64,000 nucleotides of DNA, from positions 116,560,001 through 116,624,000 of the forward strand of contig OZ024743.1 of assembly GCA_964016885.1 (NCBI GenBank), written 5' to 3'. A program made the position numbers and the translations under genes. Of this stretch, positions 41,777 to 58,264 are shown piece after piece (positions within the stretch are counted from its first letter, which is position 1; each line of letters starts with the position of its first letter). This DNA comes from Eledone cirrhosa (lineage: Eukaryota). Under the pieces are notes generated by a model. The model was given only the letters and a program-made list of their open reading frames with translations. It searched no databases and was not told where the DNA came from.

Positions 41777-43476
41777 TTAGGGAGAAGTGTTTAGACGGGG
41801 TCCGTATTTGTTAATGAAGTAAGATTCCTTGCTGATGCGCTGGGTGTGGGTGGCATTATCTTTAAATTTGTAGAGGTGAAAGATTCTGAAGTTGGGATGA
41901 TTTTGGGCGGCACAGGTATCAATGTGTTCACTCAGTGGTATTTTCCTGTATTCCCGTATTTTAATTTGGGATCTATGGACAGTCATGCGTTGGCGGAGGC
42001 TGTTTTGGGTCTGGCCTATGTATTGTTCTCGACAACCTGAACAAGTTAATACATATATTAGATTTTCCGATGCACATGTGAAATTGTGTTTTACTATAAA
42101 ACGTTGTCCATCTTTGAAATAGAATTCCGAACCCTCTATTAGGTTGATGCAAATGCCACAGTTGGGTCTATCGCATTTTTTTTACTGTGGGTTTCGTTGT
42201 TGTGGTTGGCAGTACTTTGGCATGTGTTAAGATGTTTTTCATTGACTTGGATTGTCTTTTGCTCTTTATGATATCGTGTGTTCGTAGAATTTGGTTCATT
42301 CTATGGTCCTTTTTCAATACAGGGATGTTCTGGAGGATGGTGTCAAAGGCCTCATTGTTGAGGGGGTTGTGTGTGGAGATGTATGGAAGAGCTTTTAGTT
42401 TTGGTTGATTTACTTTAGGGTGTCTAAGGTCCTGGGTACTGAGATTTAGGGCACGTTGGATTCCATTGTCAATTAGTGATGCAGGGTAGTCCCTGCCTAT
42501 GAGTGTGTCCTTTAGTTCTTGTAGCCGTAAGTAGCAGATGTTTTTATTGGAGACTATAGTACAGATTCTCTTGGCTAAGTTGTAGGGAATATTAATTTTA
42601 ACGTGTCTAGGGTGGCAAGAGTTGAAGGGGAGGTATTGCTTGGAGTCTGTGGGCTTGTAGTATATGTCTGTTTCTATTTTTTTGTTATGGATCTTAATGA
42701 GGATGTCGAGGAAGGGGAGTTGTTGATGGCTGTATTCCATCGTGAAGTTAATATTTGTGTTGAGCCCATTTATAAGGGTGTGAAATTCTTTAAGTTTTTC
42801 GATGTTTTCGTGCCAAAGGATGAAGCAGTCATCTAGATATCGCTTCCAGTTCCTTTCAATGTATAAGTGGGGGGTGTTTCCAAATTGGTTTAGGACTTTA
42901 GTGTAGAGGGTGATTTTCAGGTATCCCATGACTAGGTTGGCATAAGTAGGGCTGTTTTCGTTCCCATAGCGGTCCCAGATTTCTGCCTGTAGGGTTTGTT
43001 ATTGAAAACGAAGTAATTGTTCTCGAAGATAAATTTGAGTCCCTCTATCACGAATTCTTTTTTGATGCGTTGTGGGAGATGTTGGAGTATAGGTTGACTA
43101 CATCGAACGTCACTAGTAGGGTTTGTTCAGAAAGTGGCATATTAGGGAGGTGATTGAGCATATCTAGGTCGTCCCTTATATAGCTTTTGATGTGCTTGAG
43201 GAAGGGTTTGAGAAGGGTATCAATGAAGTTGCTAAGACGGTGCGTTTCGCAAGCGGGGCCTGCTATTATAGGTCTTAATTTGAGATCATTGGGTGAGGGG
43301 ACATTGATGACTATGTCTGTGGCTTCCTTGCATGCCTTACTGATTGATTCGCTTTTATGTACTTTAGGGATACCGTAGAAAAGGCTGGATTTACTTGTGA
43401 AGTCTGTGATGAAGCTGAATTCCTTGTTAGTGAGTCCTTCTTTGTATTGGTTGATTAGAGTTTTTAGGTTTCTCAT
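41777..43476 (-). pseudogene. PLE RT plus Cys linker plus GIY-YIG, frameshifted
   Basis: FYGIPKVHK, LRPIIAG, TFDVVNLYSNI, GTAMGT, WKRYLDDCF, LPFLDI, YLPFNSCHP, RPNCGIC, NLIYVLTCSGCREQYIGQT. Confidence 0.94.
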
Positions 43477-43624
43477 AATTTTCTGTTGATTGTGTGTATA
43501 TATATAGTGAATATCATTTCACACCTTTAATTGTTAAGATTTTTGATGTTCTATTAAGAGAACCGATTTTACTGAAAAAATCGAATAATGTACACCATTT
43601 TACCAGGGGGGAAAAAATACTGGT

Positions 43625-43667
<43 letters not shown>

Positions 43668-43783
43668 CACAAATACATACACACGCGTACATCAACATAC
43701 AAAGAGACTTATACACACACACACGCACTTCTCCGTATAAGACAAAAGCTGAAAAATATCTTTTGACCTTCGAATGACTCTGC

Positions 43784-43880
<97 letters not shown>

Positions 43881-44199
43881 ATCTTAATAGCCATTTGACA
43901 CACATCGCTGCTGGCCATTGTCGCAGCATCGAACACCTTACTACTACTACACACAATAATTTTGACCAATAATTTTTGCTGGAGCCACTTTTTTACCATT
44001 TTAACATAAAAACAGTCTTGGCGCAAAATAAACTTTTTACATTCACATGACCTCTACCGACCAATCAAAATTGTTTTGACCACAACCATTTTTGCAACAC
44101 AAAAATAACGCTGGAGCCACTTTTTTAACATAAAAACAGGTAGAATTCCCAAAACTAATCAGATCAGAGCAAACAGCACGGACACTCTATCTCAAAATT

Positions 44200-44238
44200 A
44201 TTTTTGAAAAGCATTTAGAAATGCGCAACCGGTAAAAA
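44200..44238 (+). ncRNA. Hammerhead-like motif with C3U/G8A plus A13C (four copies: ~19633, ~40654, 44200, ~50724)
   Basis: ttt-TTGAAAA-gcattt ag aaatgc-GCAA-ccgg-TA-aaa. Confidence 0.7.
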
Positions 44239-44355
44239 TTTAAAAACTTAAAACCACAACTGAATACTAACCCATACAATCACTAATACTCTTTTATTCC
44301 TAATTAAACCATTTTTCAACTGTGAACAATTTGTCAGCATTTTCTATTCCGTTTA

Positions 44356-44414
<59 letters not shown>

Positions 44415-44417
<3 letters not shown>

Positions 44418-45387
44418 AAAGTTCTATTTAAAATTGCTGGGATACAACAAGTAAATATTTTTATAACTGATATAAAGCACTCGACAAGTATTTGGAGTAG
44501 ATATACGATATTAATAAATGGAAACTATATTTATAAAACCATATTTATTTCATTATACATATTTCAGGGATACTAAATTAAATTATGGTATGCCTTCTTC
44601 AGACAAAATACAATATATAACAGTTTTACAAATAAGCTTTGACGTAACCTTTTAAAATTCAACCATTATTTTTGGAAGCCATCCGGATAGTGAGTTGTTT
44701 ATATTATTTTAATAAGTCATAGTTTTAAGGACAATTAGAAAAAGACGGAGAGAAAGAAAAAGACGGAGAGAGAGAAAGAAAAAACGTGGAGAAATATCGG
44801 AGGGAGAGAAATGCATGGAGAAAAAAGAAAGAGATAAATAAAGACAGGAGGAAAGAAAGAAAGAAGAAAAAAGGAAGAAATAAGAAAAACAGAGGAAAGC
44901 AACAGAGAGATATTAAGTCATTAGACACATAGAAAAACTCAAGAGAGAGAAATATTATATAATCTGTCTGATGACTTAATATCTCTCTGTTGCTTTCCTT
45001 TGTTTTTCTTATTTCTTCCTTTTTTCTTCTTTCTTTCTTTCCTCCTGTCTTTATTTATCTCTTTCTTTTTTCTCCATGCATTTCTCTCTCTCCGATATTT
45101 CTTCACGTTTTTTCTTTCTCTCTCTCCGTCTTTTTCTTTCTCTCCGTCTTTTTCTAATTGTCCTTAACACTATGACTTATTAAAATAATATAAACAACCC
45201 ACTATCCAGATGGCTTCTAAGAATAATGGTTGCATTTTAAAAGGGTACGTCACAGCTTATTTGTAAAACTGTTATATATTGTATTTTGTCTGATGAAGGC
45301 ATACCATAATTTAATTTGGTATCCCTGAAATATGTATAATGAAATAAATATGGTTTTATAAATATAGTTTCCATTTATTAATATCGT
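44415..45387. mobile_element. Fold-back element, family F, with canonical hammerheads (44546-44610 minus, 45282-45346 plus)
   Basis: Arms ~44501-44926 and ~44966-45387, with ~86 extra bp on the left. tattttgt-CTGATGA-agg..atacca...tggtat..cct-GAAA-tatgta-TA-atgaaata. Confidence 0.9.
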
Positions 45388-45495
45388 ATATATATATATA
45401 TATATAAATATATATATATATATGTGTGTGTGTGTGGGTGGGTGGGTGCGCGCGCGTTTGTGTGTGTTTGTATGTGTGAGTGTGAATGTGTGGAT

Positions 45496-45546
<51 letters not shown>

Positions 45547-46184
45547 AGGAAGCCTTCTGCATTACGTATTTGTGTACAGCGCGCAATCCTATATGCTAAC
45601 TAAACACGCTGACTAGAAAAACCTACTCAACGCACTGCAAAGCATACTAGCAATTAGACAAATCTAATAAAATCTTATAAAAACGCATTTACTGGAAGGA
45701 TTGTTAATTCCTGCTAGGGTATTAAGTATACACATGTCCGGTTGGGAAGAAATAAGCAACTGTAAGTACAAGAGAAAAATATTCCACTGGATAATTCATT
45801 TTAATTTTAATGTTAGAGGGTTTTACATATACGACAGTCTTTATATACATGTTTAATAAATTTATGTACTAAATACTATACGTATAAATTAACAACGTTT
45901 GTACTTGTACATCCATTAACATTAAAATTAAAATGAATAATCTGTTTGAAATTTTTCTACTGTACTTATTGATCCTTATTTCCTCGTAAATTCGCATTTG
46001 CGTACTTAGTACCATAACTTTAATTATCATACATATGAAATCTCGTTCCGAGAATAAAACTAAAACGAATAATTTAATTAGCTTCCATCCTCTTTATGCA
46101 AAATATACATATATATGTATATATGTATTACATAGGTATATCTACATACATACACACGCTCAAACAAACAGACACATACACACG

Positions 46185-46267
<83 letters not shown>

Positions 46268-46469
46268 AAGTATGTATACGTACATACATATATGTATACA
46301 GACGTACAGTAGTATGTATATATATACATAAGCTTGAAACTAGTTCATCGTTCCTTTGTCAGTGTTGAACAAAAGGGCAACCGTCGTTACCGGACACTAT
46401 ACGGCGTAATCCGGGCTGTTTGTTTACAAACAAACCGAACATTATAATAAATGTTCTGTAAACCCATAC

Positions 46470-46504
<35 letters not shown>

Positions 46505-46508
46505 CATG

Positions 46509-46624
<116 letters not shown>

Positions 46625-46707
46625 CATGTATGTATATATATATATATATATATATACAGACACACATATATACAGGCATATATATATACGTATATGCATA
46701 GATGTGA

Positions 46708-46915
46708 AGGCATGTGGCTGAGTGGTTAGAGAATTGGATTCGCAATCGTAAGGTTGTGAGTTCGACTCCTGGACCAGGTGATGCGTTATGTCCTTGAGCA
46801 AGACACTTTATTTCACGTTGCTCCTTCTACCTGGAGTTGCGACCGATAGATAGTATTAGCAATTGGAAAGACCAACGGAAACATTATTCCCTCGGTCCGA
46901 TTTGACGAAAGTCGA
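46708..46915 (+). mobile_element. tRNA-derived SINE of a second family
   Basis: Box A tggctgagtgg, box B gagttcgactcc, then tgtccttgagcaagacactt. Confidence 0.8.
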
Positions 46916-47549
46916 TCGTCTTCTTTCATATGCATAGATATATATAGACATGTATACATACATATGTATGTGTATGTCTCTCAGCTCTATAGTACACAGT
47001 TTACAAATCACCACATGTTTCCAAATTAGGATAGCATTGACTTTTATCGTAAATAATTGGAGCAAAAACGTAAGATTGAGTGCTCTGTGCAATATGTTCC
47101 GACTAACTGCGCTTTAAGTTCAAATGCAACCGTTGTTAATTTTCTTTTCAACATTTCAAAAATAGCTATCCCTTGCTGCCGTTAATTCATCTTTCTCGAA
47201 CCCACTGACACTCTGTCTTTTAGACAGGATGAATTTGAATGTTCTCAGATTTCTCTTACGTCTCTGTCAGGAGATACAACTGCGTACATACAGACAAACT
47301 GATATTGGAAAATCTTGTCTTCATTATATTTTTTTAAAACCATTATTCATATGATAATACAAGCTTCTACTCGTCAGTAATGTAAATAGATGTCATATGT
47401 CACTCTCTATTCCATTGTAAACAACCGTTATTCTTTATTGTGTATGTATTTTAGCGCCCCGTCTATCCAGCTATCTATCTTCTATCTATCCATCTAGTAT
47501 TTCTCTCCGTCTCTCTCTCTCCCTCTCTCTCTCTCTGTCTCCCTCTCTC

Positions 47550-47638
<89 letters not shown>

Positions 47639-47837
47639 CTAACCTGATTAGTTTTTTCGTTGTTTTTGTTATTATGTGGCTATGTTTACCTACCGCAATT
47701 TTCAATTTGTCAAGCTGTCTAAACGTATGTTTTTACTCTTGACGCCTGCAACCTTATTGAGTGGTTTGCTGCTCATTCCTAATTGTAGGTCGTTAGCTTG
47801 GCCCCAGGTAAAGCTTCGATTTTCCTAAGCGTCCATT

Positions 47838-47920
<83 letters not shown>

Positions 47921-48154
47921 ATATATATATGTATATATATATACATACATACATACATACATACATGTATACATATATATATATACACACATACACACAC
48001 ACAAAGAGAGAGAGAGAGAATGTGTGTGTGTGAGAGAGACAGGGATAGAGTGAGAGAGAGAGATAGACCGAATCAGTCAGTTAGATTTAGATTTCTAGTG
48101 ATGCATAGAAATATTTGCTGAGTTTATTACATATATGTGGTCGAATTGTCTTTA

Positions 48155-49030
48155 TGTTTATCGGTGTAGAGTATGACCGTTTAAAGGTATTTGATATGGC
48201 GGCTGACGAGGAGGATGGAGATCTGGTTGGACGCGTAAAGGGTCAAAAAGGTGAAGGGCGAATTTGGTACGAGATATGTTGGAGGGTAGGGCGACTACTA
48301 TGGATGCGAGGATGAAGTCGAGTTAGGCGTACAAGTTTAGTAGGACAGATGCAAGGGGAGACGATGAGCTGGCCAGGGGACTAGGGTCGGTGAATTTTGA
48401 GGAGGAAATAGATGCTGGGAGTGCGTGGTGTGCGGACGATGCGGTTCCTGGTGGTGAGAGTAGGAGGGGCTGTGCCGAGTTATCTAAGGTGGAGGATACT
48501 TATTGCTGGGATTGAGTAGTGGGATCGGAGGGGGGACGGTAAATGAGGGGGTTACGAAGATGTCAAGTAGTGGTCGGCGAGACACACCACCACGGAAACA
48601 CATTTGTTCACCAAATTGGCGTCGAAGAGAGCGGAAAGCGGAGTGCAATAAGTTCGGCCCAAAAGAGGTTGCACGGTTTTGAGTGTTTACGCAAGTTGAA
48701 GAGTTTTGCGATGCTATGGCAGACATCGACGAAGTGTTGATCTGTTCAGGTGCTGGCGATCAATGAGATGGCCACTGAAGCGGCCCGGTTTGTTCGGAGC
48801 CGGTGATGTGCCATGGAAATGCACCTACAGTTTAGTGCGGCGCAGGAACCGTTTATTGTCCACTTGAGTGCAAAATTAGTCGCTGTATGTGGTATAGGCT
48901 ATGAAGCGCAGACTCAAATTGAAAAGGAAACATACAGGTCCGGTGAGAGGAAGCCGACTGACTGACGATATATATTCTGTAATCAGTCTTCCTTGGTTGG
49001 CTATAGATGCAAAAGTGTCTCTGTTGCTGC
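48155..49030 (-). mobile_element. Decayed PLE RT N-terminal fragment
   Basis: The minus strand reads PRTPSIYFLLKIHRP*SPGQLIVSPCICPT...LDFIL...LPSNI, matching PLE FYxLPKIHK..PGRPIVS..LD..L..LPSYI. Confidence 0.7.
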
Positions 49031-49269
49031 CATCTTATTTGTACTTGGCTTCGTGATGTGGGTTAATCCGAGATCTTGGGTATCAGAATGTCGAGATGAT
49101 TTGGAGAAACATCTATATGCACACCATGTAAATCTCTGAGATGTTTTTTTTGTTTTGTCGTTTTTTTTTTGGAAGCGTATTAAAATGCTTGGTGCCTTTG
49201 AACCCCGGGCTATTGCAGAATCTGGTCTATATTCTTGATGTGAATAAGGGTATTTTTGACGCTAAAAAG

Positions 49270-49716
49270 TGGCGTTCTGTTTGAGAGTGGGTCAAGGTCT
49301 TATTAGAGGATGACAATCCAACTTTACCAACAGTGCAAACGTTGGTTCATAAATGTAGGATGAGAAGATAACTCAAGGGCTGGACGTCCTGCAAATGTCA
49401 CCCCAATTAAAACATTGATCGTGTGATGGAGACCGACGATGTATTATAAATCAAATAGAAAATTCTATTAGCATATTCCGTGAGAGGGTTGAGAGTATTT
49501 TGCTTAATGAACGTGGCATGACAAACGTTTTCTCGTTGTGGGGGCCCTGTCATTTAACACCATATGCAAAGCGCACAAGTTTGATCAGATTTTGCGAAAA
49601 CCTGAAATTGTTCGATGCAGATTCAGCTGCCTTCCTTGAACGTTTCCTAACACAAGGTGGTTGTTGGGTTCATCGCATTAAGCCAGAGACAAAGAGACGT
49701 TCTATGCAATGGAAAT
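49270..49716 (+). mobile_element. Mariner transposase fragment
   Basis: FLERFLTQGGCWVHRIKPETKRRSMQWK (compare T.DE.WVH...PETK..S.QW). Confidence 0.75.
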
Positions 49717-50601
49717 ACTGCATTGAACGTCTCTTTATGTGTGTTTTACTCTGAATATTAATTATAGTTCACTGTCAATTTTAAAGACGCTTGTGAAATT
49801 TCTCATTAAGCTCCCACCACAACAAGGGAAGAGCAGTTTGATATCATTGGCAGCCACACGAAAAGGGAATTAAAAATGGCTAGCTTGTCGGCTGCCTGTA
49901 AAAACATGTAGTGGTCCCTGTCTCGTTTAATGGAAAGATCCATGGATATATAAATGTCAATTCCGGTTTGTTATAATTATGAAATATGCACTTATTTACA
50001 TATCTGCTACAAACAGTTTGGCATAGCTGACAGCGATTGTTTCGATGTAGATCAATACTTTTGATATTTTTTAATGAATTGATCTTATTGATATTATTTA
50101 TTAATTGGTTTATATTAGATGTATTAATTTCATTGATAACCCTACTTGGTTCGTTCTATTAAAGCCACCACATCATTAAATGTTTATAAGCATACTTTGT
50201 TTCTTGATTGCGATTCTCTTATCGTTGAAGAAAATAGTGTGTAGAAAGATATTACATCTACAAACTGAACAATGAGAATTAAGATTATTCTTGCTGACAA
50301 CATTAAATTATCCCTAACAAGCTCATATGTCCCAAGGCTCTAAAACCATCAACACCAAAAACCCAGAGCTGGCATATCCAAGAACTTACTGATTGCCTGA
50401 TGAGGTCATAGCCATACAATGGCTATCATCGAAATATATATAGCGGTAAATAAAGGATTATGAGTTCATACAATTGACTTATGTTTCGTCACTATTATAA
50501 CTCCGGAATTTATATCTTCGTTGAGTGGTCCCTATCTGCATACTAATGTACTGGATTTTACCAACACTTTTTTGCTTATATATGTGTATATATATATATA
50601 T

Positions 50602-50798
50602 ATTGGTAAACGGAATAGAAAATGCTGACAAATTGTTCACAGTTGAAAAATGGTTTAATTAGGAATAAAAGAGTATTAGTGATTGTATGGGTTAGTATTC
50701 TGTTGTGGTTTTAAGTTTTTAAGTTTTTGCCGGTTGCGCATTTCTAAATGCTTTTCAAAAATAATTTTGAGATAGAGTGTCCGTGCTGTTTGCTCTGA
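50602..50798 (-). mobile_element. Family E pLTR stub (short end) between TA arrays
   Basis: Nearly identical to 40540-40727. Confidence 0.88.
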
Positions 50799-50820
50799 AT
50801 ATATATATATATATATATAT

Positions 50821-51524
50821 TGTTATACTTTGGGAGGGTCATGTTGCCAATAAGAAACACACGCACCAGTTGCTTTCACTTCAATTTAATTTAATATATA
50901 TTTATAAATTTACAAATTTATAAATTTCTGGTTGGTTGGTTGGTTCCACAACCAGATAGTTGTTTATATATATATAGTCATAGTTCTTTCGTCACACACT
51001 CTGTGACCTCTTCAGTGACTGGGGATTTCTTTCTTCGTTTCTGTGCCTTTCCTTTCTTCTATCCTACGCCATTTTGTTTGTGTGTGGGTTGCGTTCTCAG
51101 TTTGCGCATGCGCCACATCCGGGTGTCTGTGTGTGTTTGTGTTCATTTTTCTATTTTTCTATTTATATTTGTTTGTTTATTTATTTATTTATTGTTGGTT
51201 GGTTGTTTGTTCTATGTGTGTGTGTGTTTTCATTTTGTCTTGTGTGTGTTTTCATTTTGTGTGTGTTTTCAATTGTAAGTTGTTTGTTCTATGTGTGTGT
51301 GTGTTTTCATTTTGTCCTTAATTGTAAGTTGTGATGTTGCTGTTCCACTCATATTTTCTATTTAATTTTGGTTTTAATTCTTTTATGCTTACTGCCTCTG
51401 TAATTTGCCTAAACATTGCGTCTTTCTTGTGTGTGGATTCTATTTTTATTTCTATGTTCTTTAATTTACCCCTGTATTCTATCTTAGCATGTTGGTAGAA
51501 TCTTGCTAAACAAATTCAGAAACG

Positions 51525-51527
<3 letters not shown>
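50821..51527. mobile_element. Family C element: long minus arm (short end) plus a ~28-bp plus-strand stub of the long end
   Basis: 50821-~51497 is the reverse complement of the family C pLTR. 51500-51527 atcttgctaaacaaattcagaaacgaaa matches the terminus at ~17694-17721. Confidence 0.88.
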
Positions 51528-51583
<56 letters not shown>

Positions 51584-52828
51584 GGGTTTCGTTTAGTCAT
51601 TATGGTCAGTGAGTTCTGTTCAGTTACCGTCCTTCTGAACACTTTTTCAGTTGACAGCCGAAGAGCGGGAGTTATAGCCGACTAACTTTCTTGGCTGGAA
51701 AGTCTAAATATATAAATTAGTGCAGGTTCTTGGACGACAATAAGACAAGACTTATAATGGATGTGGCATTAGATTCTATAAACCTGAAGACAACGGCCTG
51801 TCTTTCTGGGGTTGTTTTGGATATGTTGAGAAGGTACACTCTCACTTGACTCACACTTTTTTTCTCTGAGTAATTTTCAGCCACACTGCGATTACATCTG
51901 ACGGTAGGCTATTCTTAGTGAGAGACATGACACTTAGAGACAAAATTGATACTGCCCAGCCTATTTGAGGCCAATTGAAATGCCACAATTGAAACAGTGA
52001 AACGCCATGTGTGGCTCCCCAATGACTGGTTGTGCCAGATACGGGATCTTACTATATATTTATCGAATGAATAAGTATATATATTTACCAGTATATATCT
52101 TCAATGGCCTAGTTGCATGAGAATACTTATTTCTGTGTGGTTTGTCTATTTGTCATCCTGTTTGTGCAAACCACAATTTGTTACTGAACGCCTTCCTTTT
52201 TAGATATCGATTGTATTGCTCTAAAATGTATTGCTTTAAAGGTTCCAGTCAAAATCGGAGTAAGTGGGCAGCTTCATATGAACAAATATTTGATTGATTA
52301 ATGGTTGAAGAGAATAGAGAACATTTCAATATACACAATAAGGTTAAATGAATGAATGACATTAGACTGTAAGAAGTGACCATGTGGCGACGGGAAAGAT
52401 TAATTGCTAATGCTTACATATCGTTTGCTTTCGTTCTGCTCTTTATTTAGAATGTTTGAATTGTTACCAATTATCACGTAAATGTATATAAAGTGATAAG
52501 GAAAAAGCCATGAAGCAAAAGATTCTTTAAAGATTTGTGAGGAATTATTCTTTTGTATACTAATAACCGGACTGTGTGATTCGATATAATTTCATTATTA
52601 ATGCCGTTTGGGAAGAATTTGTATTGTAAGGCAGAAGGCATATTTGTTATATGTTTGGTTTTGACTGATTGCTGTCATTGTTATACGGATCCAAAATTGC
52701 GTTGTCCCTTGACCCCTATTATTTGTGAAAAGGTGAGAAAATGCAAGTATTAATTTGTGTGATGTTTTTGTGTTATCATTCTCGATGTCAATGAGTGTCA
52801 GATTGTCTGCTTTTATTAAACATATAAT

Positions 52829-53015
52829 TGTTTCTACTTTTGGCACAAGGCCAGCAATTTCCCAGTGTATTACTGGTACTTTATTTTATCGATCCCGTAA
52901 GGATGAAAGGCAAAGTTAACCTCGGCCGGATTTGAACTCAGAATGGCAAGGACCGTAACTCTATGCGTCAAAGCATGGCTTCCGACCCTCTACCGATACT
53001 GCCAATCCACCACCC
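52829..53015 (-). mobile_element. Young SINE with 16-bp TSD
   Basis: TSD ttattaaacatataat at 52813-52828 and 53016-53031. Confidence 0.92.
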
Positions 53016-53310
53016 TTATTAAACATATAATGAGCTTTCCTGTCGATTAATTTCGGTGTGGGTGCATGTGTGTGTATGTGTGTTTGTTAGAGAGAAAGAA
53101 CGAGCGTTGGAAAATGAAGCTGTGTGTGTGCATGTGTATGTGTGGACGTATGCATGCGAATTTTTCCCACTCTCTGTATCTACTTATGCTTTACGTTTAT
53201 GTATATGTGTGATAACGAGAGGCGCACGTGCAATTAAACATTTGGGATAATAGAAAAAGTAACTTTTCAACAGATATTGAAATTGAATTTGTAAGATGGA
53301 TGAGTAATAA

Positions 53311-53672
53311 CAGTTTCTACTTTAGGAACAAGGGGAGGGTAATGTCGATTAAATCGATTCCAGTGTATGGTTGAAAGGAAAAGCAAGCTCCGACGGGATT
53401 TGAACTCAGAACGTAAAAGGCCGTAACGCGATGTCGCGAAGCATGGTGCCAGATGCGCTACCAATTCTGCCAACCCACCGTCCTAGATGGATGAGTAATA
53501 CTCGTTTCTACTTTTCGCAATTATCCCATTGCATTGCTGTTACTTTATTTTATCGACCCCGTAAGGATGAAAGACAAAGTTATCCTCGTGGAGTATTTGA
53601 ACTCAGACCGTAACGGCGTAACTCTATGCTGCAGAGCATGGCATCAGACCCTCTACCGATACTGCCAATCCG
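53311..53672 (-). mobile_element. Two adjacent SINE copies (53311-53484 and ~53505-53672)
   Basis: The first has TSD agatggatgagtaata at 53294-53309 and 53485-53500. Confidence 0.85.
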
Positions 53673-54157
53673 CAGACTTCAGACTTGTTACAACCCTATC
53701 TTTCAACTCCACGATAACATGAACTCAATCGATATAAGCGTACTTATTGTACCAGATTAAAGTCATCCGTTGTCCCGACCTACGCAAAATAAATACACAT
53801 TCACAACATTTAGCACGTTATACATTAAGCTATATATTTAACATGAAATCTGCGTTGCACAAGATAAATATATGTATATATATATATATATAAATAATTA
53901 AAAAAATAATGAATAAAACAATGAAACAGTTCCTTATATTAAACAAAAAAAGTTCATTATTTAACGATCGTTTCTAGGATATATATGTGTTAGAATTGGC
54001 ATGCATATTCAACAGATCTATGTACAAAATTATACAAAATTATACAAACTATCAAAATTAAATATACATACCAACACATATATATGCCGTCTTCAGAAAT
54101 AATGAAGTTCTTCATACGGATTGGACACTACCGTAAACTCTTGGTAGATTTATCTAC

Positions 54158-54193
<36 letters not shown>

Positions 54194-54265
54194 GAGAGTC
54201 GGCGCTCAACAGCTGTGGTCTTGTGTTGCGTCAGCGAATTGCAGACTTTATATACATATATAAAT

Positions 54266-57154
<2,889 letters not shown>

Positions 57155-58264
57155 GGGGGAGGTGAGTCTGTGTGCGCGGGTGTGTTCGTGTGTTTGTGTT
57201 TGTGTGTGTGGGGGGTGGGGTGTCTGCGTACGTAATTAATATTTTGGATAATATGTTCAAACGAAAAAGATTTAAATTCCGATAATTCTTAATGGAAAAT
57301 ACATTGAAAATTTTAAGTATTGCTTTCGTTGGCAACATCATGTTTTTCATAGTTCTAATTGAATTGAACAGAAAGCGAAGCTAAAAGAAATAATGTACAT
57401 ATATGGTATGACTGTATTATCTTCATATATTGAAATTTGTCTACACGAAGATTAAAGGTGTATAAAAAGATTCCTATTAAAAGATAATATAGATAGTACT
57501 TGAAACGTATTAGTCATCAAAACGCACAAATTATATGCACAGTTATATTCTTTTTCTTTTCATATGTATATTGCGATAAAATGATCGATTATTAATTTAT
57601 TAGTTATCATTGAAGTCTTTTATCGTAAATTCCAGACTTGATTCACTGATAATGTGAAATAGATGCATTGAATATCTTTCTCCAGAGCCTTGATGTATAC
57701 AAAGATATCTAATTATTAAATAACAGTGGTTTTGTATATAAGTACAAGTCTACATATTTCTGGGAAGGAATCAGTCTAGTGAATCAACCACAGACCTTCA
57801 GCATTATTAACTTATTATAGCCCAGATATGTAAGCATATGAGCCGTCCAAAATTAGTAGGTGCTTCGCTGCATCAGCAGAAAGGTTGATGACCTATTCCA
57901 GGTACTTCGAAATGTGAGAAAATGCAGTCATGAAATATATACAAGATGAACCCAATTTCTTGAAATGGTAATAATGCATTTACAAGCGTAGTTTCTGGTG
58001 CATTATACCTTTCAATTCTCAAGGATATTCTGATACACACAGCAACCACTAACAGCAAAAGCTATTGATGCTTGTTTTAAAAGCTTAAGTCCCTGTGGTA
58101 GTGACTGCCAATGCATATTGAAATTATAGAAATCTTTAAACAGAACCTCTGTTCTCCGTTTCGTAGATTGCAGTTCACACATTTTATTCATTATTTCCAG
58201 CTTGGTAAAATGCCTGTGTCTCTATGAGTGTTTTGGTATTGAATATTTAGTGTGTAAATATGTA

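Larger units (their letters stand above)
40501..44360 (-). mobile_element. Neptune-type PLE, family E: 5'-truncated copy (minus, 40501-43491) plus inverted pLTR arm (plus, 43492-44360)
   Basis: 43492-44360 is the reverse complement of ~40538-41560. The left end is ~37 bp longer. HHRs at ~40654-40690 and ~44200-44238. Confidence 0.95.

Noticed and set aside
46708-46780. tRNA-like A and B boxes
   Set aside because: No complete cloverleaf, and it continues into a SINE body.
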